Shown here: one piece after another, positions 18,994 through 28,565 of the stretch
How the letters are laid out: each line of letters opens with the position of its first letter
Position numbering within the stretch: the first letter of the stretch is position 1
Assembly (NCBI GenBank): GCA_016935525.1
Contig: JAFGQU010000002.1
Span: forward strand, 34,560 to 98,559
DNA length: 64,000 nt
Origin: Candidatus Omnitrophota bacterium
GTDB taxonomy: Bacteria > Omnitrophota > Gorgyraeia > Duberdicusellales > 4484-171
Reading direction: 5' to 3'
Program-made: the position numbers and the translations under genes
Notes under the pieces: generated by a model
The model's database searches: none
What the model was told of the DNA's origin: nothing
What the model saw: only the letters and a program-made list of their open reading frames with translations

Positions 18994-21900
18994 TTAAGAC
19001 TGGACGGGTTCCTGGGCGAACTTGACCGAGACGATTTTGGAAATACCTTTTTCCTGCATAGTAACCCCATAGAGCACATCGGCATTACTCATCGTCTTTT
19101 TATTATGAGTAATTACCACAAACTGAGAACCTTTGGCGAATTCCGATAACAGCTGGTTAAAACGGTCGACATTGGCTTCATCCAAAGGAGCATCGATTTC
19201 GTCAAGAACGCAGAGAGGAGAAGGTTTGATCTGGAATATGGCAAAAATGAGTGAAATAGCAGTCAGAGCTTTTTCTCCTCCGGAGAGTAAAGACACGTTT
19301 TGTAATTTTTTTCCGGGAGGCTGGACCTCGATCTCTACTCCCGATTCCAGGACATTATTTTCATCAAGTAATATCAATTCGGCTCGTCCGCCGCCGAATA
19401 AATAGCGGAAATTCTTTTTGAATTCTTCTCTGATCTTGGTAAACGTATCGATAAAGATCTGCCGGGAGACACGGTTTATTTTCTGGATCGCTTTTTTCAA
19501 TTCTTCGCTGGAATAAATAAGGTCTCCCTTCTGTTTTTCTAAAAATTCATACCGTTGATTCAGTTCCTGGGACTCTTCTATCGCGACCAGGTTCACTTCT
19601 CCCAAAGAATCCAGTTTTTTTCTCCAGGAATCTCTCTTTTCTATAAGTTCTTGTACCACAATATCTTGGGGAATATCTTTTAGGGAAAAATCAATGTGAT
19701 ATACCTGTTTTAGATAGTCGACGATCTTATTTTTTTCAAATTCGGATTCCTGGATTTTCATTTTTACTTCGTACATATCCGCCTGGATTTTCTGAAGGAC
19801 TCCCTCGACACCGTCGATGTCGCTGGCGACTCCTCCGGCGCGAACAAACAATTCCTGTTGACGGACCTTCAACGATTCTTTCTCGGTTTCTAAAGAGGTG
19901 ATCGTCTGTTTTTCCTGGACAATACCGTTTTCTAGTCCTTCTATTTCCTGAGTAAACGAAGAGATCTTATCACGGATATCCCGCGATTCCGTTTCCAATC
20001 TTGTCTGGTTTTCAAGAAAACTTTTTTTATCTTCGGTAAAAATAGCTATCCGCTGAAGGAGAGATTCTTTATTCTCTTTGAGAGACACCAGCTCCGTCTC
20101 GTTTCGGGTAATGCAGATCTCTAACTCCTGGATCTTCTGGCGGCTTTCCACTATGTGCTGTTGGATCGTCTCCATTTCGGTTTTTACCGCAGTCAGGTTC
20201 TCTTCAATCCCTTTTAACTGGGTTTCTTTTGCGGATTGGGCGCCTTGAGCCTGGGTGATCGCCTGGGTATTCTCTTCGATTTCCCGCTCCAAGAGCTCAT
20301 ATTCCTCTTTCACCCGTTCATATTCTCTTTGCAGGTTTTCCCGTTCCTGCACTTTCTGTCCTAACCTTTTATCGAATTCGGAAAGTTCATACGTAGCTTT
20401 TTTCCATTCTTCTTTTAATTGGGCCGTCCGGTCCTCTTCTTTCTGGATAGTCTCGTTCAGATGTAAGATTTCCTGGGCATACCCGTCGATCTTCTCTTTA
20501 AGTTCCTCTTCTTCAAACAGGACTACTTTAGCTTCCACCTGAGCGGAATATTCTGTTCTCCCTTCGTGGGCGATCTCGGAAAACTGCACATCTTTAAACG
20601 AAGCGATAAGTTTGTTTATCTTAGTCGGGGGCTCTTCAAAGATCACCCTTACTTTCTTACTGCTGGAAAAACTTCCGTATTTACTGCGCAAATCCTTTAA
20701 GAAATCATAATAAGACCTTAATTCGATCAACTGTTTTTCTTTTTCCTGGCGTTGTATTTCCAGTTGCCGGTATTTCGCTTCGGAGGCCGAAAGGGCCTCT
20801 TCTAAACTTCGTTTTCTTTCCTGCAGTCCGGAAGCGTTGACATTAAGTTGTGTGAGCTCTTCGGTCACCGCCGCCAGCGATTCTTGACGTTCCTGGAAAA
20901 AAGTGGCAAGTTTTTCTTTATCCAGCAAAAGACGCCGGTTGCGGGCATGGATATTTTTCAGATGGGTCTGGATCTCGACCAATTCGTTATTACAATTGGT
21001 CTTTTCCGATTCGGCATTGAGAATCTCATGTTTTTTTAAATCAAGAGCCCCTTGAGCTTCCTTCACCTGAACGGCTAATGCCTCTTTCTCTTTTTGCGAG
21101 GCAACTGCCTCCTGATTAAGACGTTCTACATCGCCGTCTATAGTGCTCAACAATCTGGTCTCCCGTTCGATCCGTTCATCCTGAAATGTTATCTTTTCTT
21201 TTAATTCGGCAAGCTCTGATCCGATCCCGGAAATCCGGGCATTTCTCTCTTCTATCCGTTGCCGGTTGATCACAATCGTATTCTGGGAAAGCTCTATCTT
21301 GGAATTTAAGGAAAAAATGCGGGAAGTGATCTCCTCCAGCGTATCGCGTAATGTCTGGATCTGCCTACTGAAATCATCTTTCGTCACGCGCAGTCGGGCT
21401 AAGGCCTCTTTCTGTTCATTCTCTCCTGAGGTATGTTTCTCAAGTTCCTGATTGAGTCCGTCTATCCTTTCGGAACAAGTCTTATAGTTAATATTGGCGA
21501 TAGTCTGTTCAATCTCGATCAGAGAGGCTTCAATATCTTTATATTTTTTGGCTTTCGCGACCTGACGGTCTAAATAACGGATCTGACGGTGTACTTCGGC
21601 GATGATATCGTCAAGACGGATGATATTTTCTTCGGTCGACTGAAGTTTTCTTAACGTTTCTTTCTTACGGTCTTTATATTTTACTATCCCTGAGGCTTCG
21701 TCGAATATCAGTCTTTTCTCTTCCGGTTTATAACTTAAGAATATCTCTATTTTCCCCTGTTCGATAAAAGAATAGGTAGATTCTCCTATCCCGGTCCCCA
21801 TAAAGAGTTCCTGGACATCTTTCAGCCGGGCAAGATTTTTGTTAAGGTAATACTCGCTTTCTCCGGAACGATAGAGTTTTCTTGAGACCGATACTTCCTT

Positions 21901-22185
21901 AAAACCGATCGGAAGGTATCCATCTTCATTGGCAAAAGTGAGGGCGACTTCGGCATAATTGAGCGGAGAGAAATGTTCGGTCCCGTTAAAGATGATATCT
22001 TCCATCTTGGTCCCGCGTAAAGATTTAGGGCTTTGTTCGCCTAACGCCCATTTGATCGCATCGAATACGTTACTTTTACCGCATCCGTTAGGCCCGACGA
22101 CAACCGTAATACCCGGCTCGAATTTAAGCGAGACTTTTTCGGGAAAGGATTTAAAACCGAATATTTCTAATGATCTTAAATACAT
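18994..22185 (-). CDS. smc: Chromosome segregation SMC protein with an apparently reduced hinge
   Basis: GFKSF, GPNGCGKSN, long coiled coils, LGEVNLVAIEE, LSGGE, LDEIDAPLD; 1063 aa. Confidence 0.93.
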   Translation of the reverse strand: MYLRSLEIFGFKSFPEKVSLKFEPGITVVVGPNGCGKSNVFDAIKWALGEQSPKSLRGTKMEDIIFNGTEHFSPLNYAEVALTFANEDGYLPIGFKEVSVSRKLYRSGESEYYLNKNLARLKDVQELFMGTGIGESTYSFIEQGKIEIFLSYKPEEKRLIFDEASGIVKYKDRKKETLRKLQSTEENIIRLDDIIAEVHRQIRYLDRQVAKAKKYKDIEASLIEIEQTIANINYKTCSERIDGLNQELEKHTSGENEQKEALARLRVTKDDFSRQIQTLRDTLEEITSRIFSLNSKIELSQNTIVINRQRIEERNARISGIGSELAELKEKITFQDERIERETRLLSTIDGDVERLNQEAVASQKEKEALAVQVKEAQGALDLKKHEILNAESEKTNCNNELVEIQTHLKNIHARNRRLLLDKEKLATFFQERQESLAAVTEELTQLNVNASGLQERKRSLEEALSASEAKYRQLEIQRQEKEKQLIELRSYYDFLKDLRSKYGSFSSSKKVRVIFEEPPTKINKLIASFKDVQFSEIAHEGRTEYSAQVEAKVVLFEEEELKEKIDGYAQEILHLNETIQKEEDRTAQLKEEWKKATYELSEFDKRLGQKVQERENLQREYERVKEEYELLEREIEENTQAITQAQGAQSAKETQLKGIEENLTAVKTEMETIQQHIVESRQKIQELEICITRNETELVSLKENKESLLQRIAIFTEDKKSFLENQTRLETESRDIRDKISSFTQEIEGLENGIVQEKQTITSLETEKESLKVRQQELFVRAGGVASDIDGVEGVLQKIQADMYEVKMKIQESEFEKNKIVDYLKQVYHIDFSLKDIPQDIVVQELIEKRDSWRKKLDSLGEVNLVAIEESQELNQRYEFLEKQKGDLIYSSEELKKAIQKINRVSRQIFIDTFTKIREEFKKNFRYLFGGGRAELILLDENNVLESGVEIEVQPPGKKLQNVSLLSGGEKALTAISLIFAIFQIKPSPLCVLDEIDAPLDEANVDRFNQLLSEFAKGSQFVVITHNKKTMSNADVLYGVTMQEKGISKIVSVKFAQEPVQS

Positions 22186-23396
22186 TGAGTTGACGTTTTT
22201 GCCTGATTGCTCAATGCTTTTGTTAAAAGCGGGATCACTTTAAATATGTCTCCGACGATCCCGTAATTAGCGACTTTAAAAATCGGGGCTTGAGGATCTT
22301 TATTGATCGCTACGATAACCTTTGCCGACTGCATCCCTACCAGATGCTGGATCTGGCCGGAAATGCCGCAGGCAATATATATTTTCGGCGAAACCGTACG
22401 TCCGGTCTGGCCGACCTGATGAGAATACGGCATCCAACCGGCATCGACCGCGGCCCGCGATGCCCCGATTGCTGCGCCCAGACTATCGGCAAGCGCCTTA
22501 ATCATCTCAAAATTCTCCGGTTTCTGCAGGCCTCTGCCGCCGGAAACAATGATATCGGCCTCGGCAAGGTTCACTTTATACGCTTCTTCTTTGAGGAAAT
22601 CGATGAATCTTATCCGGGAATCAAATAGATCTTCTTCGACTTTTTCCTGAATGAGCTTACCGGTACGGTTCGTATCAAGTTCGCATTCCGGCATCACCTT
22701 ATGACGTACGGTCGCCATTTGCGGCCGGTGATTGGGAGTAATGATCTGCGCCATGATATTGCCTCCGAATGCGGGACGCGTCTGAATAAGCAGATGTTTA
22801 TCTTTATCGATATCCAACCCCGTACAATCGGCAGTCAAACCGGCATAGATCCTTATCGCAATCCGGGAAACCAGAGAACGGCCGGTAGTGGTCGCGCCGG
22901 CAAGGACGATTTCCGGTTTGTATTTCTGGATCAGATGACTGATCACATTGGCATAATTTTCGGCAATATAATGGCCAAGTTTAGGATGGTCGACAAAAAT
23001 CACTTTATCGGCACCTTTGTAAAACAGTTCAGGTATTTTATCTTTAAGAGTATGCCCTAAATACACGCCTACTACCTCGGTATCCAGATCGCTGGCAAGT
23101 TGGCGGGCTTTATTTAACAGTTCGAATGAAACCCCGGCGATCTTTTCGCTTTCTTCTTCAATAAACACCCATACCCCCTGATATCCGCTTACATCGGTGC
23201 GAACGATCTGAGGTTTAAAGATCTCTATCGCGTCAAAGGAACACGCTTCCCGGCAGGCACCGCATAGAGTGCAGGTATTGAGGTCGATCACCGCGATCTT
23301 GTTAGCAAGGGTAATCGCTCCGAAAGGACAGGCTTTTACACAAACGCCACAACCGACGCATTTTTCGTTGATCACTTTTATTCCTTTTTCGCTCAT
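22176..23396 (-). CDS. etfA: Electron transfer flavoprotein alpha with N-terminal 2x[4Fe-4S] ferredoxin domain
   Basis: CVGCGVCVKACP and CTLCGACREACS, GLTADCT, RPAFGGN, QVGQTG, GISGQIQH. Confidence 0.95.
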   Translation of the reverse strand: MSEKGIKVINEKCVGCGVCVKACPFGAITLANKIAVIDLNTCTLCGACREACSFDAIEIFKPQIVRTDVSGYQGVWVFIEEESEKIAGVSFELLNKARQLASDLDTEVVGVYLGHTLKDKIPELFYKGADKVIFVDHPKLGHYIAENYANVISHLIQKYKPEIVLAGATTTGRSLVSRIAIRIYAGLTADCTGLDIDKDKHLLIQTRPAFGGNIMAQIITPNHRPQMATVRHKVMPECELDTNRTGKLIQEKVEEDLFDSRIRFIDFLKEEAYKVNLAEADIIVSGGRGLQKPENFEMIKALADSLGAAIGASRAAVDAGWMPYSHQVGQTGRTVSPKIYIACGISGQIQHLVGMQSAKVIVAINKDPQAPIFKVANYGIVGDIFKVIPLLTKALSNQAKTSTQCI

Positions 23397-24181
23397 AATA
23401 GATGTTTCTTAAGTTCGCCGACTAATTGTTCTACGCATTCTTCCGGTTCGCCTTCAAATACCATACCTTTTTCCCGGGGCGGCGGAGTAAAGATCTTCAC
23501 GACCTGGGTCGGAGACCCTTGAAGCCCTATTTGTCTTTCTTCGACTCCGATATCCCGATAACCCCATACCGGGATCGTCTGTCCTTTTGCTTTCATTTTA
23601 CCACGTAAAGAAGGAAGCCGCGGGTCGTTTATTTCTTTTACCACGGTAATCAATGCCGGCATCTGTATTTCGAGTATCTCGCTGCCTTCTTCCAGTAACC
23701 GTTCCAGCCGGATTTTATTATGCTCCGGATCGAATTCGTCGACTTTACGGACGTAGGTGGCTTGAGGTAGATTTAAATGAGCGGCAATGCCCGGGCCGAC
23801 CTGAGCGGTATCCCCGTCGGATGCCTGTTTCCCGCAGATCACCAGATCGACCTCACCTATTTTTTCTATGGCTTTGGCTAATACCAGACTGGTCGCCCAA
23901 GTATCGCTTCCGGCAAAAGCCCGGTCGCATAAATGGACCGCTTCGTCGATACCGAGAGCAAGGGTCTCTCGCAAAGCCGTCTCGGCCTGAGGCGGGCCCA
24001 TCGTCAATGCTACCGTATGAGCGCCGAACCGTTCTTTAAGAAGGATCGCCTCTTCGATCGCATACATATCAAAAGGGTTGATAATAGAAGCCACCCCTTC
24101 ACGAATGAGCGTATTGGTTTCGGGATTGATCTTGACGTCGGTAGTATCGGGTACTTGTTTAAGGCAGACAACTATTTTCAT
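23393..24181 (-). CDS. etfB: Electron transfer flavoprotein beta
   Basis: KQVPD, INPFD, DRAFAGSDT, GKQASDGDTAQVGP, GSPT. Confidence 0.95.
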   Translation of the reverse strand: MKIVVCLKQVPDTTDVKINPETNTLIREGVASIINPFDMYAIEEAILLKERFGAHTVALTMGPPQAETALRETLALGIDEAVHLCDRAFAGSDTWATSLVLAKAIEKIGEVDLVICGKQASDGDTAQVGPGIAAHLNLPQATYVRKVDEFDPEHNKIRLERLLEEGSEILEIQMPALITVVKEINDPRLPSLRGKMKAKGQTIPVWGYRDIGVEERQIGLQGSPTQVVKIFTPPPREKGMVFEGEPEECVEQLVGELKKHLL

Positions 24182-24274
24182 AACTCTTTTACCATACTAT
24201 ATATTTGAAAAATGTCAATATCTACGGGCAAAAAATACCACATATTGTCTTCGCGAGGCCTCTTAAAATACGGA

Positions 24275-25180
24275 TTAAAAAGATTTTTCGGCGCCCAATT
24301 GGTGCCCGGTAAGCAGGGCATATCCTTGTCGATACTTTTCCTGCGTTTTTTGCACAATATGAGCGGGTAAAGCGGGAGCCGGAGGATTTTTATCCCAATT
24401 CATCGTTTCCAGATAGTCACGTACAAATTGTTTATCAAAACTGACCTGAGATCTTCCCGGCTGATACTCATCCTTTGGCCAGAATCGCGATGAATCGGGA
24501 GTGAGGATCTCATCGATCAAGATGAGCTTGCCGTCGGCCAATCCGAATTCAAATTTGGTATCGGCGATGATGATCCCTTTTGATTGGGCATACCGGGCAG
24601 CTTCGGTATACAGGGTAAGACTTGTCTTTTTTACTTTCTCGAATATCTCTTTTCCGACGATTTGCGCGGCTTGGGTGTGCGAGATATTTTCGTCATGACC
24701 GGATGTCGCTTTAGTCGAAGGAGTAAAGATGGCCTGGGGAAGTTTATCGGATTCCCGGAGCCCTGGTGGTAACGGGATACCGCAAATCGATTGGTTTTTT
24801 TTATACTCTTTAAATCCCGAACCGGCAAGGTATCCCCGGATGACGCATTCGATCGCAAGCGGTTCTACTTTTTTTACGATCATTATCCGGTCAGAGAGCA
24901 TCTCGCGATAAGAAGCGAACCTATCGGGCAGATCATTTACCTCATTGCTTATCAGATGGTTCTCGATTATGTTTTTTGTGAATTCAAACCAGAAAAGAGA
25001 TATCTGGGTAAGCACCATCCCTTTTTGAGGAATGGGCGTGGGCAGGACTACATCAAAACAAGAGATCCGGTCGCTGGCGACGATTAAAAGGTTCTCGCCT
25101 AAATCATACAAATCACGCACTTTACCTCTTTTGGTGACGGGAATATGCTCAAAATTGGTCTGGTATATAGGAGGATTCAT
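24275..25180 (-). CDS. purC: SAICAR synthetase
   Basis: GKVRDLY, SDRISCFD, RGYLAGS, ADTKFEFG, DEILTPDSSRFW, DKQFVRDYL. Confidence 0.96.
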   Translation of the reverse strand: MNPPIYQTNFEHIPVTKRGKVRDLYDLGENLLIVASDRISCFDVVLPTPIPQKGMVLTQISLFWFEFTKNIIENHLISNEVNDLPDRFASYREMLSDRIMIVKKVEPLAIECVIRGYLAGSGFKEYKKNQSICGIPLPPGLRESDKLPQAIFTPSTKATSGHDENISHTQAAQIVGKEIFEKVKKTSLTLYTEAARYAQSKGIIIADTKFEFGLADGKLILIDEILTPDSSRFWPKDEYQPGRSQVSFDKQFVRDYLETMNWDKNPPAPALPAHIVQKTQEKYRQGYALLTGHQLGAEKSF

Positions 25181-27045
25181 CCTTTAATAAATACGTCGGG
25201 CGCGATGACCTCGCCGAATTGACGTTCGGCTTCATCAAGACGGTCCCGTTGCTCTTGAAGTACGTCAAAAAGCAGAGAAGGGATTTCTATAAGCCCGTGA
25301 TAGATGTTTTTTATCCGTTCAATTTTTGTAACGAGCCGTTGAGTATATAACGTAAACTGTTTGAGATAATCTTCTTTACTATATTCTTTAGCTACTACCT
25401 CACGAAAAAGCCGGTTAAGGTCTTCGTAGCAGGGAATATATCCTATCGGGGTCTTATAGGCCTGCACGTCATTATGGACCCGTAATTCCATCCATTTGAT
25501 CCAGACGTGTTTATCTTCTTTGGCATTAAAAAAGTTGCCTTCCTCGTCACGCAAGAAATAGTTTACGGCAAAGATCCTCGCCGGATCGGTAAGTTTCTTT
25601 TCAAATTCAAGATGCATCTTAATATAGTGGCCGATCGGGATCGCCATGAAATCGAGGTTAGAAAACGGGTCGAATTTACGTTCACCTTCTTTATCCAAAG
25701 TGGCAAATGTCACTTCGGATTCAAGAGAAGCGCCGCAGGTGATCACTCCGTGCGTCCAATCAAAACTCTGAAATACCGGCGGCCAGGTACTGGAATCACG
25801 GCCTCCGTAAATAATGCCTTTTACATTCACCCCTTCGGGATCGTCAATCGCGGGATCGCAATTTTCAAGCACCTTCAGGTTTACCGTGTACCGGGCGTTC
25901 TTATGGGCATAAGGAATCTCTTTTGCCTGAAGATCAGTTTTACCGCACACCCATTCTCCGCTGAAATTCATCCCTTTCTCCGGCATCGGCCCTCCATCAC
26001 CCAGCCAACGCACTTTACCGTCTTTGGTCAACAATACATTACTAAAGATCACCTCCGGAGAATTCAACAATGCATCCCAGATAAGCGGATCGTTCTTCTT
26101 GCTCACATCCTGCAGGATCCCGAACATACCTTCTTCGGTATTGACCGCGTAAAGTCCTCCGTTTTTTTCCCGTAAAAAAGCGATATCGTCCCCGACTATC
26201 GTTTCATCCGGTAACATCGCCGTAGAGGTCTTGCCGCAGGCCGAAGGAAAGGCGCCGGTAAAATACGTTTTACGACCGCCGGGGCCGTTGATGCCGGTCA
26301 CAAACATATGTTCAGCAAGCCAGCCACTTTGCGAAGCTTCCTTGATCGCAAGGCGTAATGAAAGTTTTTTTAATCCCACGGTGTTTCCGGCATACTGGGT
26401 ATTGATACTGTAGACCACATTATCTTTCAATTCAATATAGACCCGGCGCTGCGAAACGTTTTTACTTACCGCACCTTCAAGTTCGCCGGCACTATGGATA
26501 ATAGTAAAAAATTTATCGGGTTTTTCTTTACGGAACGCTTCATAGGCGCTGCGGTAAAGGATCATCTCGGAATGGGCTACATAATACGAATCGGTGACCT
26601 GCAGGGCCAAGCGGGAAAAATCGGAATAGAGCGGGCCCAGGCAGAAAAAACAAACGATCATCTCTTTGCCGGCCATGGAATCCTTTAATAATCCGCGGAT
26701 CTCTTTACGGCCCTCTTCTTTGGGAATATTATTGATATATTTGCTGAAGTATTCTCCCGGAGAAACGAGGTATTTTGTCGCTCCTTTATCTCTGGCCTGA
26801 TCAAAATACCCGTCAAAATGGACCGTATGGCCCGATTTCGCCAGCGGTATTTCTTCGCCTTTTTCTACAGCCTGGGTACGAAGATACTCTCGGTCTCGGG
26901 CGGAATCCGTACAGACAAATATGCTTTTAGGATTGCATAATGAGACATAATCCAAGACTATTTCGATTACCGCCGGATTTACCAGCTGTGCGAACTTTTC
27001 GAAATTACCCGGAATACATTTATTTTTGACGATTTCCATAGTCAC
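25177..27045 (-). CDS. pckG: GTP-dependent phosphoenolpyruvate carboxykinase
   Basis: YAGN, WLAEHM, AFPSACGKT, VGDDIA, NARYT, YGGRD, VNYF. Confidence 0.92.
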   Translation of the reverse strand: MTMEIVKNKCIPGNFEKFAQLVNPAVIEIVLDYVSLCNPKSIFVCTDSARDREYLRTQAVEKGEEIPLAKSGHTVHFDGYFDQARDKGATKYLVSPGEYFSKYINNIPKEEGRKEIRGLLKDSMAGKEMIVCFFCLGPLYSDFSRLALQVTDSYYVAHSEMILYRSAYEAFRKEKPDKFFTIIHSAGELEGAVSKNVSQRRVYIELKDNVVYSINTQYAGNTVGLKKLSLRLAIKEASQSGWLAEHMFVTGINGPGGRKTYFTGAFPSACGKTSTAMLPDETIVGDDIAFLREKNGGLYAVNTEEGMFGILQDVSKKNDPLIWDALLNSPEVIFSNVLLTKDGKVRWLGDGGPMPEKGMNFSGEWVCGKTDLQAKEIPYAHKNARYTVNLKVLENCDPAIDDPEGVNVKGIIYGGRDSSTWPPVFQSFDWTHGVITCGASLESEVTFATLDKEGERKFDPFSNLDFMAIPIGHYIKMHLEFEKKLTDPARIFAVNYFLRDEEGNFFNAKEDKHVWIKWMELRVHNDVQAYKTPIGYIPCYEDLNRLFREVVAKEYSKEDYLKQFTLYTQRLVTKIERIKNIYHGLIEIPSLLFDVLQEQRDRLDEAERQFGEVIAPDVFIKG

Positions 27046-27083
27046 CTCGGCAGTTATTATATTGAAAAATATATGAATTACAA

Positions 27084-27120
27084 GAAAAAAATATCCCGAT
27101 GCTGTGGTTACTCACCGGGA
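27084..27120 (-). terminator. Probable terminator downstream of tRNA-Leu
   Basis: Minus strand ATCCCGGTG...CATCGGGAT stem followed by ATTTTTTT. Confidence 0.6.
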
Positions 27121-27129
27121 TTAAAAATA

Positions 27130-27213
27130 TGCGAGGGAGGGGATTTGAACCCCTACAGTATCGCTACCGCTAGCCCCTCAAGCTAGTGCGTCTGCCAGTT
27201 CCGCCACCCTCGC
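27130..27213 (-). tRNA. tRNA-Leu(GAG); CCA not encoded
   Basis: GCGAGGGTGGCGGAACTGGCAGACGC...CTAGC TT GAG GG GCTAG, long variable arm, GGTTCAAATCC, CCCTCGCA. Confidence 0.95.
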
Positions 27214-27332
27214 GTTACGTTCTGAGATTAAATGGTATCCTTATCGAAAGAACAAAACTTCAATGATCAAGACCGAGCTTCTGCGAGAATAACTCTATTC
27301 ACTCTTTTAAAAATCGCCGATGGCGATAGTTA

Positions 27333-27651
27333 TTGCCGCCACCCTCGCATGGGCGATAGTGTTATCACACTTCCGTTCAGACTCGGGAATGTTGTCAGGG
27401 CGATTTGAAGTGGTCAGGCACCTTCACTCATGCCTTACCTCACAAGGTGTATCGCCCTTCATAGGGGCTCTGCCCCTGCTGATGTTTCGCTGTAAGTATA
27501 CCACAGAAGAACATCACGCGAAACCCGTCCCGCTGGCGATAACGCTACGCGGGACTGGTCTACCCCGGAGACTTTCAAAGAAGACAATTAAAAACCTATC
27601 GACTAAAGACCAACGACTATAGACTTTTTCACGTTGCCGCCACCCTCGCAT
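27333..27651. repeat. 18-bp direct repeat (ttgccgccaccctcgcat) containing the tRNA-Leu 5' end, flanking a hairpin-rich 283-bp segment
   Basis: Copies at 27333-27350 and 27634-27651; the 13-bp core ccgccaccctcgc is identical to 27201-27213. Confidence 0.85.
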
Positions 27652-27696
27652 AGGCAGTCCCCCCTGAAGTCAAATCACAGAAGAGAATTTCATCTA

Positions 27697-27750
27697 GCCG
27701 CTCATCGCTATCCGCTCTTTGCTGTCTGCGGATTGCTATGCGCTGCGCTA
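27697..27750. repeat. Degenerate heptamer tandem array (~7 units)
   Basis: gccgctc/atcgcta/tccgctc/tttgctg/tctgcgg/attgcta/tgcgctg. Confidence 0.6.
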
Positions 27751-27809
27751 AAAGGATTATATTTTATATCATGCCGGACCGATTTAGACAAGTATAAGTT
27801 TACCTGTCT

Positions 27810-28565
27810 TTATTTTTTACCTTTTCTAGCCCACACCAGGAAATATCTGATTAATTTATATAATTCCTTACCCATCGCCCACGAATCCTTCGTTATGCTT
27901 ACAGTGCTTGAACTATTTCCCGACATAAAGATAGGTAGTTCTTTAATACGCATATCCTGCTGGCGCAGCTTGAGGATCAATTCGAGATCAAATAGAAACC
28001 CGGCGCATAAAAAATCCCCTCCCAGTCGATCAAACACATCTTTTTTCAGGAATTTCGCTCCCCCTTGGGTATCGGAAAATTCCAGTTTAAACAGGACTTT
28101 TACAATATAATTGAATACCCGGCTCAGGCATTTCCGAAAAAATTTCTGTCTTACGTTACCAAAGGAATTCCCCTTCCATTTAGAAAAAATAAGGCAATCA
28201 CAGGAATCATTATCCAATAAAGTAAGTTTATCTTTTATTAAATCCAGAGGAAACGGGGCATCGGCATCTACAAAACCGATAATAGATGTCCGGGCGGCTT
28301 TAAATCCTTCCTGAAGAGCAATCCCTTTCCCTAGCCGCTGTTTAAAATACAGATACGATACCCCGGGATCTTCCCGCGCGATATTTTTGATAATTGAGAG
28401 CGTATCGGACAGAGGGTCATTTACTACCACAATGATCTTTGGTCCTGAGCCAAACGTTGCCCTGATCTTCCTCATTGTATCGCCAATGTGCCTTTCGGCC
28501 CGGAAAGCGGGGATCACTACCGATATACCGCTATCGTATTGTGAACCGTTTTTTGATATTTGCAT
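27810..28565 (-). CDS. GT2 glycosyltransferase (polyprenyl-phosphate glycosyltransferase-like)
   Basis: SVVIPAF, GKG.AL..G, FVDAD, DTQGGAK, FLFDLEL. Confidence 0.88.
   Translation of the reverse strand: MQISKNGSQYDSGISVVIPAFRAERHIGDTMRKIRATFGSGPKIIVVVNDPLSDTLSIIKNIAREDPGVSYLYFKQRLGKGIALQEGFKAARTSIIGFVDADAPFPLDLIKDKLTLLDNDSCDCLIFSKWKGNSFGNVRQKFFRKCLSRVFNYIVKVLFKLEFSDTQGGAKFLKKDVFDRLGGDFLCAGFLFDLELILKLRQQDMRIKELPIFMSGNSSSTVSITKDSWAMGKELYKLIRYFLVWARKGKK

Noticed and set aside
27333-27651. CRISPR array
   Set aside because: Only two 18-bp repeats 283 bp apart, no regular spacers and no cas genes
27320-28110. Plus-strand ORFs 27320-27622 and 27634-28110
   Set aside because: They run through repeat and hairpin DNA or antisense to the GT2, with no protein-like features
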